Origin: Vezdaea acicularis
Taxonomy: Eukaryota
Assembly: GCA_026025075.1 (NCBI GenBank)
Contig: JAPEUI010000067.1
Location: forward strand, 1 to 64,000
Direction of reading: 5' to 3'
DNA: 64,000 nucleotides
Numbering within the stretch: the first letter of the stretch is position 1; each line of letters begins with the position of its first letter. The position numbers were made by a program, and so were the translations under genes. Shown piece after piece: positions 1-10,820 of this stretch. Below the pieces are notes generated by a model, which worked only from the letters and a program-made list of their open reading frames with translations, searched no databases and was not told the DNA's origin.

Positions 1-1210
1 CCAAAACACCATGGATCTGGTCATCTTTTATTCCCCCGACAAGGCGTGCATCACTTACTACATCAACAATGACTCCGCTGGCTACAAGATCGAATATCCC
101 TTCTCACACATCAAGAGCATAAACCTGAATCCTGGAGATCTCTCCACAGACCCGAACGGGACCGGGCAGAGGACCGGAGGTCTGATCATTGAACTGAATC
201 GGCCACCAAACTTCTTCATGGACGCGCAAGGGTCAGGTGGATTCTACCAGTGCGGAGATTTCACCGAAGAGCAGCAAGCATCTCAGGTCATGGTCCATCA
301 TCTCGGTGGTCATCCAAAGCCATTGAGTGGCCAATTAGCCAAGCTTGTCTCTTTGGAGTCCTTCCAGAACAGGCACGGTGCTGCGGCTATCGAACACCCC
401 ATCCTCGCTGCCTCGGCACCCGTCTCCCCTGTCGGCCATCGTCCAGCTTCTCAACCTAATCAGATGCCACCTCCAAGCCTCGACATGTACCAACAGAACC
501 AGTTTGGAATGAACCTCCAGCCAGGACCACGTGGACACAAGCGTACCCGAAGTCGATCGGTGCCTGCTGCTATTGACTTTTCCATGCTTAATTACCCCAT
601 GCCGACCTTCCAATTTTCAAATGAGCCAGCTGTTCCAATGCCCAATGCGAATATATTTGCGCCAACTCCCCAACACTCTGCCAACTTGGGCTCTCTCGGC
701 AATAATCTACGGATAGACACGTCGACTGGATACGGCATGGACTTCCGTCACCATCCAATGTCAGCTGCCACGACTACCTCGCCCTCCGAATATGCCAGCC
801 CTGGATTCTTCAGCACTGGCGCTCAGGCTGATAGCATGACCGCTGCCAACTACAACACCCCATATAGCCTGCCCTTCCTCTCGCCCATGATTGATCCATC
901 CAACTTGGTCGGCCCATCCGTGTCACCCTTGTCAAACATGAGCCACGGTGATCCAGTAATTGCCAACCAGTCGCCCCCACTCTCCAACATGCACCGGAGT
1001 GCTTCGACCGACATGTTCCAGATGACGCACGATTCGACATTGTCGGATGACGGTCTCAACCTTAGCGATCTGTATTCGAAGCAATCCCTCAACCTGCCTA
1101 TGCACTCGCCGGGCATCGACGGCAACGCCGAGGAGTTGGATCTTCATAATATGGTCTCATTCGGCACGATCGATCCTTCATCCCTGTCGCCCGAGAACAA
1201 CATGTCTTAG
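1..1210 (+). CDS. Homeobox-type transcription factor (Pho2/Phx1/Hoy1-like), C-terminal part; 5' end outside window
   Basis: Frame open from the window edge (QNT-MDLVIFYSPDKACITYYINNDSAGYKIEYPF), a segment recalled from fungal homeodomain TFs; followed by HKRTRSRSVP and a Ser/Pro-rich tail. The homeodomain itself is not in the window. Confidence 0.7.
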   Translation, partial: QNTMDLVIFYSPDKACITYYINNDSAGYKIEYPFSHIKSINLNPGDLSTDPNGTGQRTGGLIIELNRPPNFFMDAQGSGGFYQCGDFTEEQQASQVMVHHLGGHPKPLSGQLAKLVSLESFQNRHGAAAIEHPILAASAPVSPVGHRPASQPNQMPPPSLDMYQQNQFGMNLQPGPRGHKRTRSRSVPAAIDFSMLNYPMPTFQFSNEPAVPMPNANIFAPTPQHSANLGSLGNNLRIDTSTGYGMDFRHHPMSAATTTSPSEYASPGFFSTGAQADSMTAANYNTPYSLPFLSPMIDPSNLVGPSVSPLSNMSHGDPVIANQSPPLSNMHRSASTDMFQMTHDSTLSDDGLNLSDLYSKQSLNLPMHSPGIDGNAEELDLHNMVSFGTIDPSSLSPENNMS

Positions 1211-2361
1211 AGGAAGTGTCATACCGAAACTGCATGGCTTGGGGTTTTTGCGTTGCCCTTTTGGAGTTTGCATGGTTGAATTTGGCATTGGGTCCACTAC
1301 ATTCTGCTCTTTGCGGTTTCATCTCGGCATGAACAGGAATAATCAAAAGAAACATCAAAGCATCTCAAAGTCGATGCCCAATCTCGACAAAGCTGCAGTC
1401 TTTCCTTGGCTTGGCGTCGCTAATCTGGCACATTGTCGTGGCATCGATGGGGAATTAATCCTTGAAGGATTGGGCAATTCACGGGGGCGAAACATAGGCG
1501 TTGTTGGTTATGAAGTTGGAATAGTGGTTGGTAACCGAGGTGGCCGGAGGGGGTAAAGGGGAAGGGGGGTTGGTGTTCTTTATCTCTCTGGTCTTTGTTT
1601 TCTCTTGCCTTGTCCCATGCATTTCCCTTGCATCCCCCCACCTCTTAATGGCTCTCACATCCATCACCCATCTATCTGTCCTCAACAACAACAGCAGCAA
1701 CAGCGAATATTCACATCTGCATCTCATCCTCGCATTCACTTGGAGAAAGCCAGTGGGCGAGCGAGCGGGCTTATACGCTTTCTTACCATCACCCGCTTGA
1801 TGAAACCAACAAAATAAGATGAAGCCCCTTAATGGCTGTTGCTACTCTTTTCCTACATGCATGTCCTCTCGAATCAGACAGATGTACGCGCGGTGCCTGG
1901 GCACCTGCTCCTTTTTCCTCTTTTCTGGTACAGATGAAATCAAATCGATCTCTCATACTCTCTCCTTTATTCTCATTGTCCTTGCATCGTGTCGTATCGT
2001 GTCATATCGAATCACCTCCGTAATCCTCTGCCTCTCCAACCTTCAACCTTCGATCTTCGATGTCCTAGCAAGCTGGTCCATGCTCCCTTCTTTTCCTCCA
2101 TCTACCGTCGTGTCTGTTTTTCTTAGTCTTGCGGGGTTTCTATTATTTGTTCGTTTCGCGTCTGCTTTTTTGGATTTCTCGTTTGTGATTTTTTTGTTTG
2201 GTTTTCCTTTCTGGCTTCCTTGGATTTCGTGTGTGCGTGCGTGTGCGTGCGTGTTTGTGGGCTTGAAACGTGGATATGTCCTCAGAATGACTTTGGTTTT
2301 TTTTTCTCTTTTCCTCTTTTCTCTCTTTGTTTTTGTTCAGATATCGCGCTTGGGTGTGTGG

Positions 2362-2391
2362 GGATGTGGATGTGGATGTGGATGTAGATGT
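2362..2391. repeat. (GGATGT)n microsatellite
   Basis: ggatgt x4 + agatgt. Confidence 0.9.
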
Positions 2392-2638
2392 GGGGTATCT
2401 GGGGATGGGAGCGGAGATGGGGATGTGGAGCGATGTCAGCGGCATCGTGGATGTCAACGGAGTATTGTACCCCTATATAATCAAATAGCCGAGTGAGAAA
2501 CACGTCATTCCAGGATTCATCTATTCTGTCATCTCATACAAAACTTCTGATGTGTGTTTGTATTCCTCTGGCCCACGTCTATTTACATACCCACTCACTG
2601 CCCCCGCAAACCAGCTAGCATGCCACCCGTGTAGCCAT

Positions 2639-5600
2639 CTACCGCAGCTGAAACTGAGACGCCTATCACAACCAGTCAGTCAGTCAGCCAGTCCGTCAAA
2701 TCATCCCCCTCCCCACTCCCTACTCCCCAGCTCATCACCCCACCAAAACAAAACAAAAGTCTAGTCTAGTACAATAACAGAAACATACCTGAAACTCCCT
2801 GGCCTCATCCATACCACTCTCAAACGCCCTAAGTGCTCTCCCCGGAAACCCGCTCTCGAGGACCTGGGTGATGACCTCGGTGGTATACTGCGCGAGTTCC
2901 TCGGGGTTGAGACAGGCGCGATAGCCCTTTTTGAGGTTGCTGAAGAGGCCGTAAGTCTGGTCGAGCTCGGCGTGGACGAGGGTGGCAAGTTCCCATTTCC
3001 AGTGCGCGAGGGCGTGGGACGCGAGGGCTTTTTCTTTGCAGTTGCTAGCGGGAAGGTTGGTTTGGTAGGTCTATAAGGGGTTGGGGAGGAAAAAAAGGGG
3101 GGAGGGGAAAGACGTACCGGCCAAGGAACCAACGACGGTCTTCCGGTGCGATGGGCCGTCCTTGCGCGTCCTGGTTGGGCGTCCGCACTTTCTGGAGGAG
3201 ATGCTCGAAGGACTGGTGGTAAGGCGCGCCCGAGAATTTCAGGGCCCAGGTCACTGGTTTCGAGGGGTTGTGACAAGCGTCGCAACCCGCGCCCTCGTGC
3301 TCCCACAGATCCAGTTCTTCGAATTCGACTACCGGGCGCGCGCGGAGGGTGTACGTGAACTCGGGGGTCCATTGGGGACTGATGAATTTGCTGTGGAGGT
3401 AGCCTTCGACGGCGTCGCCTAGCTTGCGGAAGGCGAGTCGGTAGACTTCGTGCCCGAGGTTTTCGTATCGCGGGTTCAGCTTCTTGTGGATGTACCAGGA
3501 GAGGATGTCTTTGATGTCCTCGGAGCGTCGTTGGTAGCCGCGGGTGGAGAATTGGAGGGGGATGGCTGAGAGATCGGGCGGGCTGCTTCCCGCTGGGAGC
3601 GGCTCGTCCGGGACTACAAAGTCTTCGTCGTCCTTGTTGCGGTTCTCGCGAGCAAGAGATCGCTTCAGCTCTCTCAGACTCTGGTCCCTGGTTTGGTCGT
3701 TGGACTCTTCTGACCCTGCGGACTCGCCGCTTTCTCCTTCGGAGAGAAAGTCGCTTGATTCATCATAAAGCGGCTTCTTTCGCGATCGCCTGGGTGTTGA
3801 CTCGTCAGGTGGGGCATGTTCGCCTCTTCGCCGACGCCGTAAAGCTTCGAGAGCCCTCCGCTTGCGAGAAGATGAAGCTGAAGGTCCTCGAAGCTTTCGT
3901 TTTGGTGTTGGTGCTATTGGAGAATGAACTTAGTTTAAGGATCAAACATACCTCAAAGTACAGCTGAAAGCAATATGGCACGAGGTAGTAGATATCCATG
4001 CACTTACAGGATTTGAGAAATTCAAGATCCTGCTCTAAATCTTCACCAAGATCTGAATGTTCTTCGTAGTCGGAAGGCATTCTTCGTCGCTTTCCACCCG
4101 ATTCACGCGGACGTTTAGAATGCTTCTTCTTGCCATTTACCGGAGTTTCACGCCCCCCAGGAGTCCTCGAATCTTCCGTCTCTTCATGGTGTCTTTTATG
4201 GCGAGAGGAAAAGACCGTTTCTTCTTCCGAGTCTAGAGTGGGCCTGGACAACGACTTGAACATGCCGGGGAACCCCGAGTATTGCTCTGGCGCCCGACTA
4301 CGGCGCTTTTTACGGGGCCGAACTGTGATAGACTCATCACTCTCTGCTCCATTAATCTCAAAAGGGTTCCTGGTGGTCGGAGACTCAATGCTTGTATCCG
4401 TGACAGTCACGACCTCTGTGGCCTTTGCCTTCCCTTTATCTTGCTTAGCACGAGTCTTCCGTTGCTTCTTGGCTCTCTTTCGCTTGGCCGGGCCTCTAGG
4501 CAAGACCGCGCCGTCGTTGCTAGACGTATCTTCAGAGGGGACCCAAAGCCTCGCAGCAGCTTTGGATTCATGAGGTAGCGGAGGCACCGGCGGCTTAGGG
4601 TCATGATTTTCCCAAGATTCCGGCGCGGTAAAGCTGGGGCCGCCATTGACTCTCTTACCATTGCTGTTTTCCATTCGAATCCCATTGGAGGGTTTAGGTT
4701 TGGGACTCAAAACTAGATATCCATTGGAGTCAGCCTCAAATTTGTATTGCTTCAGCTTGGCCACAGGGGACATGATTGAGCGGACAGAGATAGGAGACAC
4801 GGATGAGTCTCCTTTCTTCTTGCGCAGCGGCTGCTGACCTCGACCAGTCTCGGCACGTCTCTGTTTGGCTGAGCGTGGCGGCTCATCCTCCCCAGCGGAT
4901 TCGGCCTCATTAGAAGTATTAATTCCAACTTTCTTCTTCATCACTTTCTTTCTCGGGAGCTCGCTGAATTGTGTGACACCTGCAGATCGGAGACTACGAG
5001 GGCCTGAAGCCTTTGGAGTAGCCGTGGTAAGGGGTGATATCCGCACCGGTGTCTTTCCTATATCATTGATTAGCCTTTCCGCGCACGTACGCGAGGTAGA
5101 TAGCTCTAACCTTTCCTTTTAGGACCTGAACTGACCTTGACATCGGCCTGATCTTTGTCTTTGCGCTCAGTCAACACTGTGGGTTGGATTGGTGTGGGGC
5201 TATCTGCGGCCATTTGAAGCATTTCTGCATCTCCACTCGAGTCGTCTGAGCTTTCTTCATTCGAGGATATGGTCAACGGCTCCAACTTGGAGCCTAGAAC
5301 TGGGAGCTTGATGAGTAGGCCAACTCTAAGATTGGTGAATGTGAGCGCGTACTTACCAATAGCTTGACTTGGGTCTGCTTTATGCCATCCTATATGACTT
5401 CGAAGGCCACGAGCAGTAGTGAAAGATCGCTTGCAGCTTGTGCATGTGCGTTCCTCTTCCGCATCGTTCTCAGTTCTTGTCTGCAGAACACCTGGGTGCG
5501 AAGCTGCCCTCCGGGTTGGTCGCGATGCTGCCCACGGATTTGACGTTTTGCTTGCCACGGCTGGATCTATAACGACAGCAAACTGAAACCGCCCAAAGAG

Positions 5601-5930
5601 CTCGTCATCTTCAGCGCTCTCCGTATTTCCTGCTGGGTTTATCGAAGAGACATCGGCTGCCTCCTCAGCTTCTTCTAGAGGATCGGTGACTTCGTCAGGT
5701 AAAAGCGAGCGAGAAACAGCTGCCGTTTGAGGAAAGACTGGAGGCATTTTGCGCCTGAATGTTGAAGCTTCTTGGAAGGCGGGCCGGACTACCTTTGCGA
5801 CTTTGTCAGCTTGACTGAACGCGTTCGTTGATGAGCTTTGCGCAACGAAGCCCTCTTGACACTGTCTGTCAGGCAACTTCCGCTAGTCGTTAAACAACGC
5901 CGCGACCTCAAATACGTTCCACGAGGCATT
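2639..5930 (-). CDS. DUF4211 (CCDC82-like) domain protein with one C2H2 finger; multi-exon, start approximate
   Basis: ORFs 5106-5876 and 3805-5046 join through GT-AG introns; C2H2 CTSCKRSFTTARGLRSHIGWH; C-terminal SSWTPKFTYTLRARP...GCDACH...WFLGR|NCKEKALASHALAHWKWEL resembles DUF4211. Start (5747-5930) and last exon are uncertain. Confidence 0.65.
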
Positions 5931-7399
5931 GCATTAAATGATGGAGATATCCAACTGTACTTGGTGATAGACTCCGTCAAGCTTTATAACGGTTCATCAT
6001 GGCCATGTGCAGCGTTCGTATTGGGTCTAGCGCATGGCACCGAACAGGAACGCGGCGTGGGGCATGTCAACGCGGTCGAGGCGCAGGCTAATCCTGACCT
6101 GGACTAGGGAGCAACGTGCAAGCCACGCGGTGCCACACTCCTTCCCATTATCACAAGGTGAGGAGGAAATGCTTACTTTCACTTTTTGTGTCTCACTTAG
6201 TATCTGCGAGCCATTGCCGCTGCTGTAACGTGAAATAGGCTATGTTATGTAAGTGAAGTACACAGCAGTAGAAGTGGGTGACTAAGAAACTTGTGGAAAT
6301 CTTCGAGTGAACGTTGGGATCCTAGTGCGTGTGGCAAGAAGTCAAGCGGCTCATGAAGTGAAGCAGCAACTAGCTGTATACAAGCTATGAGGATATTGAA
6401 TATCCCTTTGTATGCTTGCGCGGAGTGGGCAAGGCCTTGTCAACGGTAAATGCTAACGGTCGTGGTTGACCAAGTGTGGGAGCAAGGTGCGAACTTCTTA
6501 GATGTGAATCGGGGCACAGTGCATTGTTGGCACTTGTTGCATGCCCTATCACGTGTTGAACGCACGCAACATCACGAAAGTTGTCAGAGAGGTGTGATCA
6601 AAACGTGATCCATTGTGCGAAGGTGCATGTCAGAAGTTCCAAGAAACCCCCACTTGGTTTACTCCATCGTCATAGAAGAAAAGAGAGCCTGGAGATAATC
6701 CCTCAGGACTTGAAGTCGCTGGAATAATCGCCTGCAGCAAAAAAGTGCTTTGATGGGCCACTGCCCGCTATCCCGCCCAAGCGTCCCAAAATCTACGGAA
6801 GCCGACTGCGGTGATTCCGGGGGGCCTAGGGATAGTCCCACGGCTCGATAAGCGCTTCTGTATCGTGCCGCTCTCCCTCTTGGCCGATTCAAGATAAGGA
6901 GTTAGAGCGGTCCCATGGGTCCACTGTGGTCAGTGCTGACTACAGACCTTCCCCCCAAGATGAGGGCAATCACCATCTAGATATGAAGACTCAAGGACTG
7001 CCTTGTAGAAGAGGACAATGGAAGTTGTTCTGGATGGTGGCCGCGCCAGGCTGAAGCCATTGACATGTTTGGGTACAGATGGGGCACAAAAGGATTAGAG
7101 CACATTGCATTATACTCGGGACCATCGTTCTCAATTGCTACTGCTTTTTGGGTTCAAAAACCCTCATGTTATGGCATTGGCGGTCTTTTATAGTCAAGCA
7201 GGTACGAGAACATAACCGTATGCTTGAATACGTGCTTACCCTTGCAATCAAGATAGATAAACAGTAGCTGATGCATGATACCTTCGAGACAACTATGTAT
7301 TCCAGAAGACAGATTGTCCGCTTGAAATCCCAAAATGCAAGTCTGCTCCCTTGGCATGGAGAGCCTCTCACTGTCAGCACACCACTTGCGGCATCATTC

Positions 7400-8396
7400 T
7401 CAATCCCCCCATTTCGCCCTCTCGCGCGAGTCGAAAACCCAATCCCCAACGATCACCAAACCGTCAAAGCCGACGATCACCATAGTAAAAAGCACAGCCA
7501 GAAGCGTTGCTGGAAGTCCGTTGCTACGCCACTTACTGCTCTCTTTGGCATACAGGCGTGCAAAATAGCGTTTAGCCTTGCGGGCGGCACGAAAGGGTAG
7601 ACAGATGTACTTGAGAAACGATTTCGCAGCTTCTAAGATGGTCTCTTTGACTAATATGACGCGAGCGTCGAGCTTGCTCAAAGCCCGTTCGGCTGCGATA
7701 TCAATGTTCGTTATGAACGTGGAAAGGGAGCGGTATGCTCGGGCGAAGTATGGCATGGTGGTGCTCTTGGGGACTTCCTGTGTTGGCCAAACTTGCTCGT
7801 CCTTTGCGATGATAGGAGTTGGAGGAGGAAGTTCGTACGGGGTAAGTTGTGGGGAGATACACCTGGTAAGTGATTTGCCTACTTTGATTGCTTTGCGAGC
7901 GAGGCGGTTCTGGAAGACAGGTTTTGTGAAGGTGCGGATTAAGGAGTAGGAAGCCAGATGCTTGGTCAGTTAGTGGGAAAGCTCGAGCGACCGTTTGAAG
8001 CGTAGGCCTTGGCCATATTGCTATCACTTACTCCGAGAAAGCGCGATCCTGCTACTCTTGGAATATGATCAGGAGGCGGAGGGTTTATACCGAGGGGTTG
8101 ATTCTAGGTATAGTTTCAGACACTTAGCTCGACAACGGTTAGTAGAGATAACTCACTGACGTGGAGCGAACGTCTATGGTACCAGTGGCACAAGAGACGC
8201 TGACATTGATCTGCTTGACTTTAGCTGGGTTGAGACCTTGGATATGTGTTTCCTGTTGACGCTTTTAGCACGGTACCAAAGAAGTAGGTGGCAGATATGG
8301 CGTATATAGACGCAAGAAAAAGCGTCATACTAGACTTACTGTGTAAATGAAAGGAACGTGCTCATCCTGCAAGCCTGCCCGGACATAAACAGACAT
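7400..8396 (-). CDS. Hypothetical 4-exon protein (~260 aa) with C-terminal hydrophobic segment
   Basis: MSVYVRAGLQDEHVPFIYT | ETHIQG...DVRSTS | NQPLG...SRFLG | HLASYSLIR... joined in frame by three phase-0 introns (GTAAGT/GTGAGT donors, CTAA branch points), ending in ORF 7400-7756. Confidence 0.6.
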
Positions 8397-9304
8397 TAGA
8401 TTGTTCAGAGAAGGCGAATAGGATTCTTTGAAGTTGGATGATCAGTATCAGGGACACGGCGTGATAGATTAGTGCGTACATCGTTAATTACACTGAGGAC
8501 TCAAATTAGGAGGGCTTTCCAAGTCAGAAGCTTTGTATATACGAATCCGCAACCTGAATAATCCAGAGATAAAGCGAGTGGGTCGGCCACCGAAACGGAT
8601 CCCTGAGAGCTTTGCAATGAGATCAGTGTAAATCGCAGCCAGATTGGGAATCTGCGTACGCAGGCCTGTAGCCGAACATCTTATCGGCCAGAAGCGGATC
8701 TCTCCCCCAAAAGTGCCCAAGTACCCCGCTCCTATGTCAAGGGCCTTCATGCATGAAACTTTCATGCTTCATGCAGCATGGACCCCCGTCGCTACTAGGG
8801 TCAAATTTGGTGGCTGGCTGAACGGTTCCGGCCGGATAGCAGAGGGCTGCGCTTCCCACAACCCTGCCTCTGCATATCAATGCAAAAACTTCGACAGATG
8901 AGGCCATGGCGATCAGAATTCATTCGGTACACATTCCGTGAAGCGAAGAGTTGTACGTCTGCCGTTCACTCGGTATCTATTTCCGGATTTACCATGTACA
9001 TGCATCTTGAATAAGATATCGGGAAAAAAATACGAGGATCGGTTTTGTAGCTTGAAGCGACTTATGCATGATTTTGATAAGGGCGGGAAGGTGCAAGCAA
9101 TACTCTCGCTCGGAAAATGATACACAAAAAGGCTACGCGATTGGAATAATCTGGACTCCATAGCCGGCACACAATTTTAGAGAGAGATAACGCAATCATG
9201 GCAAGTAACAAGCCTTGAACTCGTAGCGCCGCTCGATAAAGCTCAGTACATGACAAGGGAAGACTATGTGACTTGAGAAGGAGAACCCCAGAAGGACGCT
9301 CTAC

Positions 9305-10820
9305 CTAACGGGTTCGTTTGTAGATCTTTTGTAAGAAGCCTTCAAAAATACTCTTCTTCAGCCCTTCACTTTCATCGATCGAGTCAATCAGGCCCTTGAT
9401 CTGTCCGATCTTCTCGTCCTCGTACTGTCGATACACCGCATCCAGATTCATCTCCGCATACACATGCTTGACTTTGGCTTCGGCTATGGCATTTTTGCGC
9501 CCATAGTTCTCCTCTAGAATTTGCTGTTGTGATGGACTAGAACGCTTGAGAGCTTCGTTGATGAGCCAGGAGCATTTGTTGTCTTGGATATCCGTTCCAA
9601 TCTTACCGATGATCTCAGGGACGCCAAAATTATCTAGATAGTCATCCTGAACCTGAAAATACTCGCCAGTGAGAAGAAGGATGCTCTCGGCTTGTTGAAG
9701 GTTTTTAGGCGTGGCTAGGTCAAGGAAATAGAGAGAGAGTGCTGCTGGAAGAAAGAAGCTGTAGTAAGCAGTCTTGAAATTGACGATGAACTTGTATTTC
9801 TCAAAGCTGAAGCCTTCGAAATTGATCTTGTCCTCTGGTGCAGTGACCAGATCGCATAGCTGCCCAATTTCGGTTTTGAACATTACTTCATGGAAGAGGT
9901 CGAGGATGTTCGTGTAGCATTTATCCTGACCAAAGTACTTTTTGAGGATAATAAAAACAGAAGATACTAGCATGAAGGCGTCATTCATCGCAATCATGCC
10001 CACGTCTGGCATAAGGTACCAGCAATCTTGACCCCGTCGAGTTTTTGAAGAGTCCATAATGTCGTCAGCGACGAGAAGAGCGGCTTGAAGAAGCTCTGTG
10101 CACCAGCCTAAAGTAGCTGATCTGAAGTATTCATCATCTGTGAGAGGTCGCCCAAGGAGCTGAGAGGTGGTATCTAGGACCGACTTGCCCCGGTTGGCCT
10201 TGCCGCCAGATACATTGTGAGCTAATGACTGGTGGTAGTTCAGACATTAGCATATATTTCTACCAATACTCATAGAAAGGAGAGAGATGTGATGAGTGAG
10301 GTTTGAGATAGACTAAGATGCAGTGCGGCAATACCTTGTGATACCAATTCAACGTGTCTGGTGGAACCCCGTACTCTTTTGCGTGTTCAATCAGGTCATC
10401 CATGAGCTTCGGAAATATTGTATCAAAATCCCGTATAACAGGAAGTGCCACTCTTTGTTTTTTGTCTTGTTCTGCAAAATACGGAAAAGCAAAAGCTATA
10501 ATCCTTTTCAAGATGTCCATCAAGTCTCTTAGAACGGGTAACTTATCAACGAAGAAGCTGAGCCTTTCTATAAAATTGAGGAAGGCCCACGCAAGGAGGA
10601 TCCGTATGGTATCTCTCAAACCTCTGAAAGATGTGTATTTCTCATGCTCGGCAAGTATCTCCATTGGTTTAGGAAGTACTGATTCTGAAGCCCTTAGGGT
10701 GGGATATCTTTCTTTAAACAGACCGGCAGCTTTCAGAGCTTTGGTCGGTAGTGTAAGAGACCGTCTGATGGCCCTGGGTAGCCTAGGCCTGTAGACCAGA
10801 GTGCTTCCGAGCAGAAACAT
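9305..10820 (-). CDS. ERG20: Farnesyl-diphosphate-synthase (ERG20)-family trans-prenyltransferase, divergent paralog
   Basis: GGKANRG, FARM DDIMD + [58 protein letters not shown]; one intron ~10334-10229; extended N-terminus. Confidence 0.9.

Noticed and set aside
1819..2496. 225-aa hydrophobic ORF
   Set aside because: Derived from T-rich tracts and microsatellites between convergent genes; not protein-like
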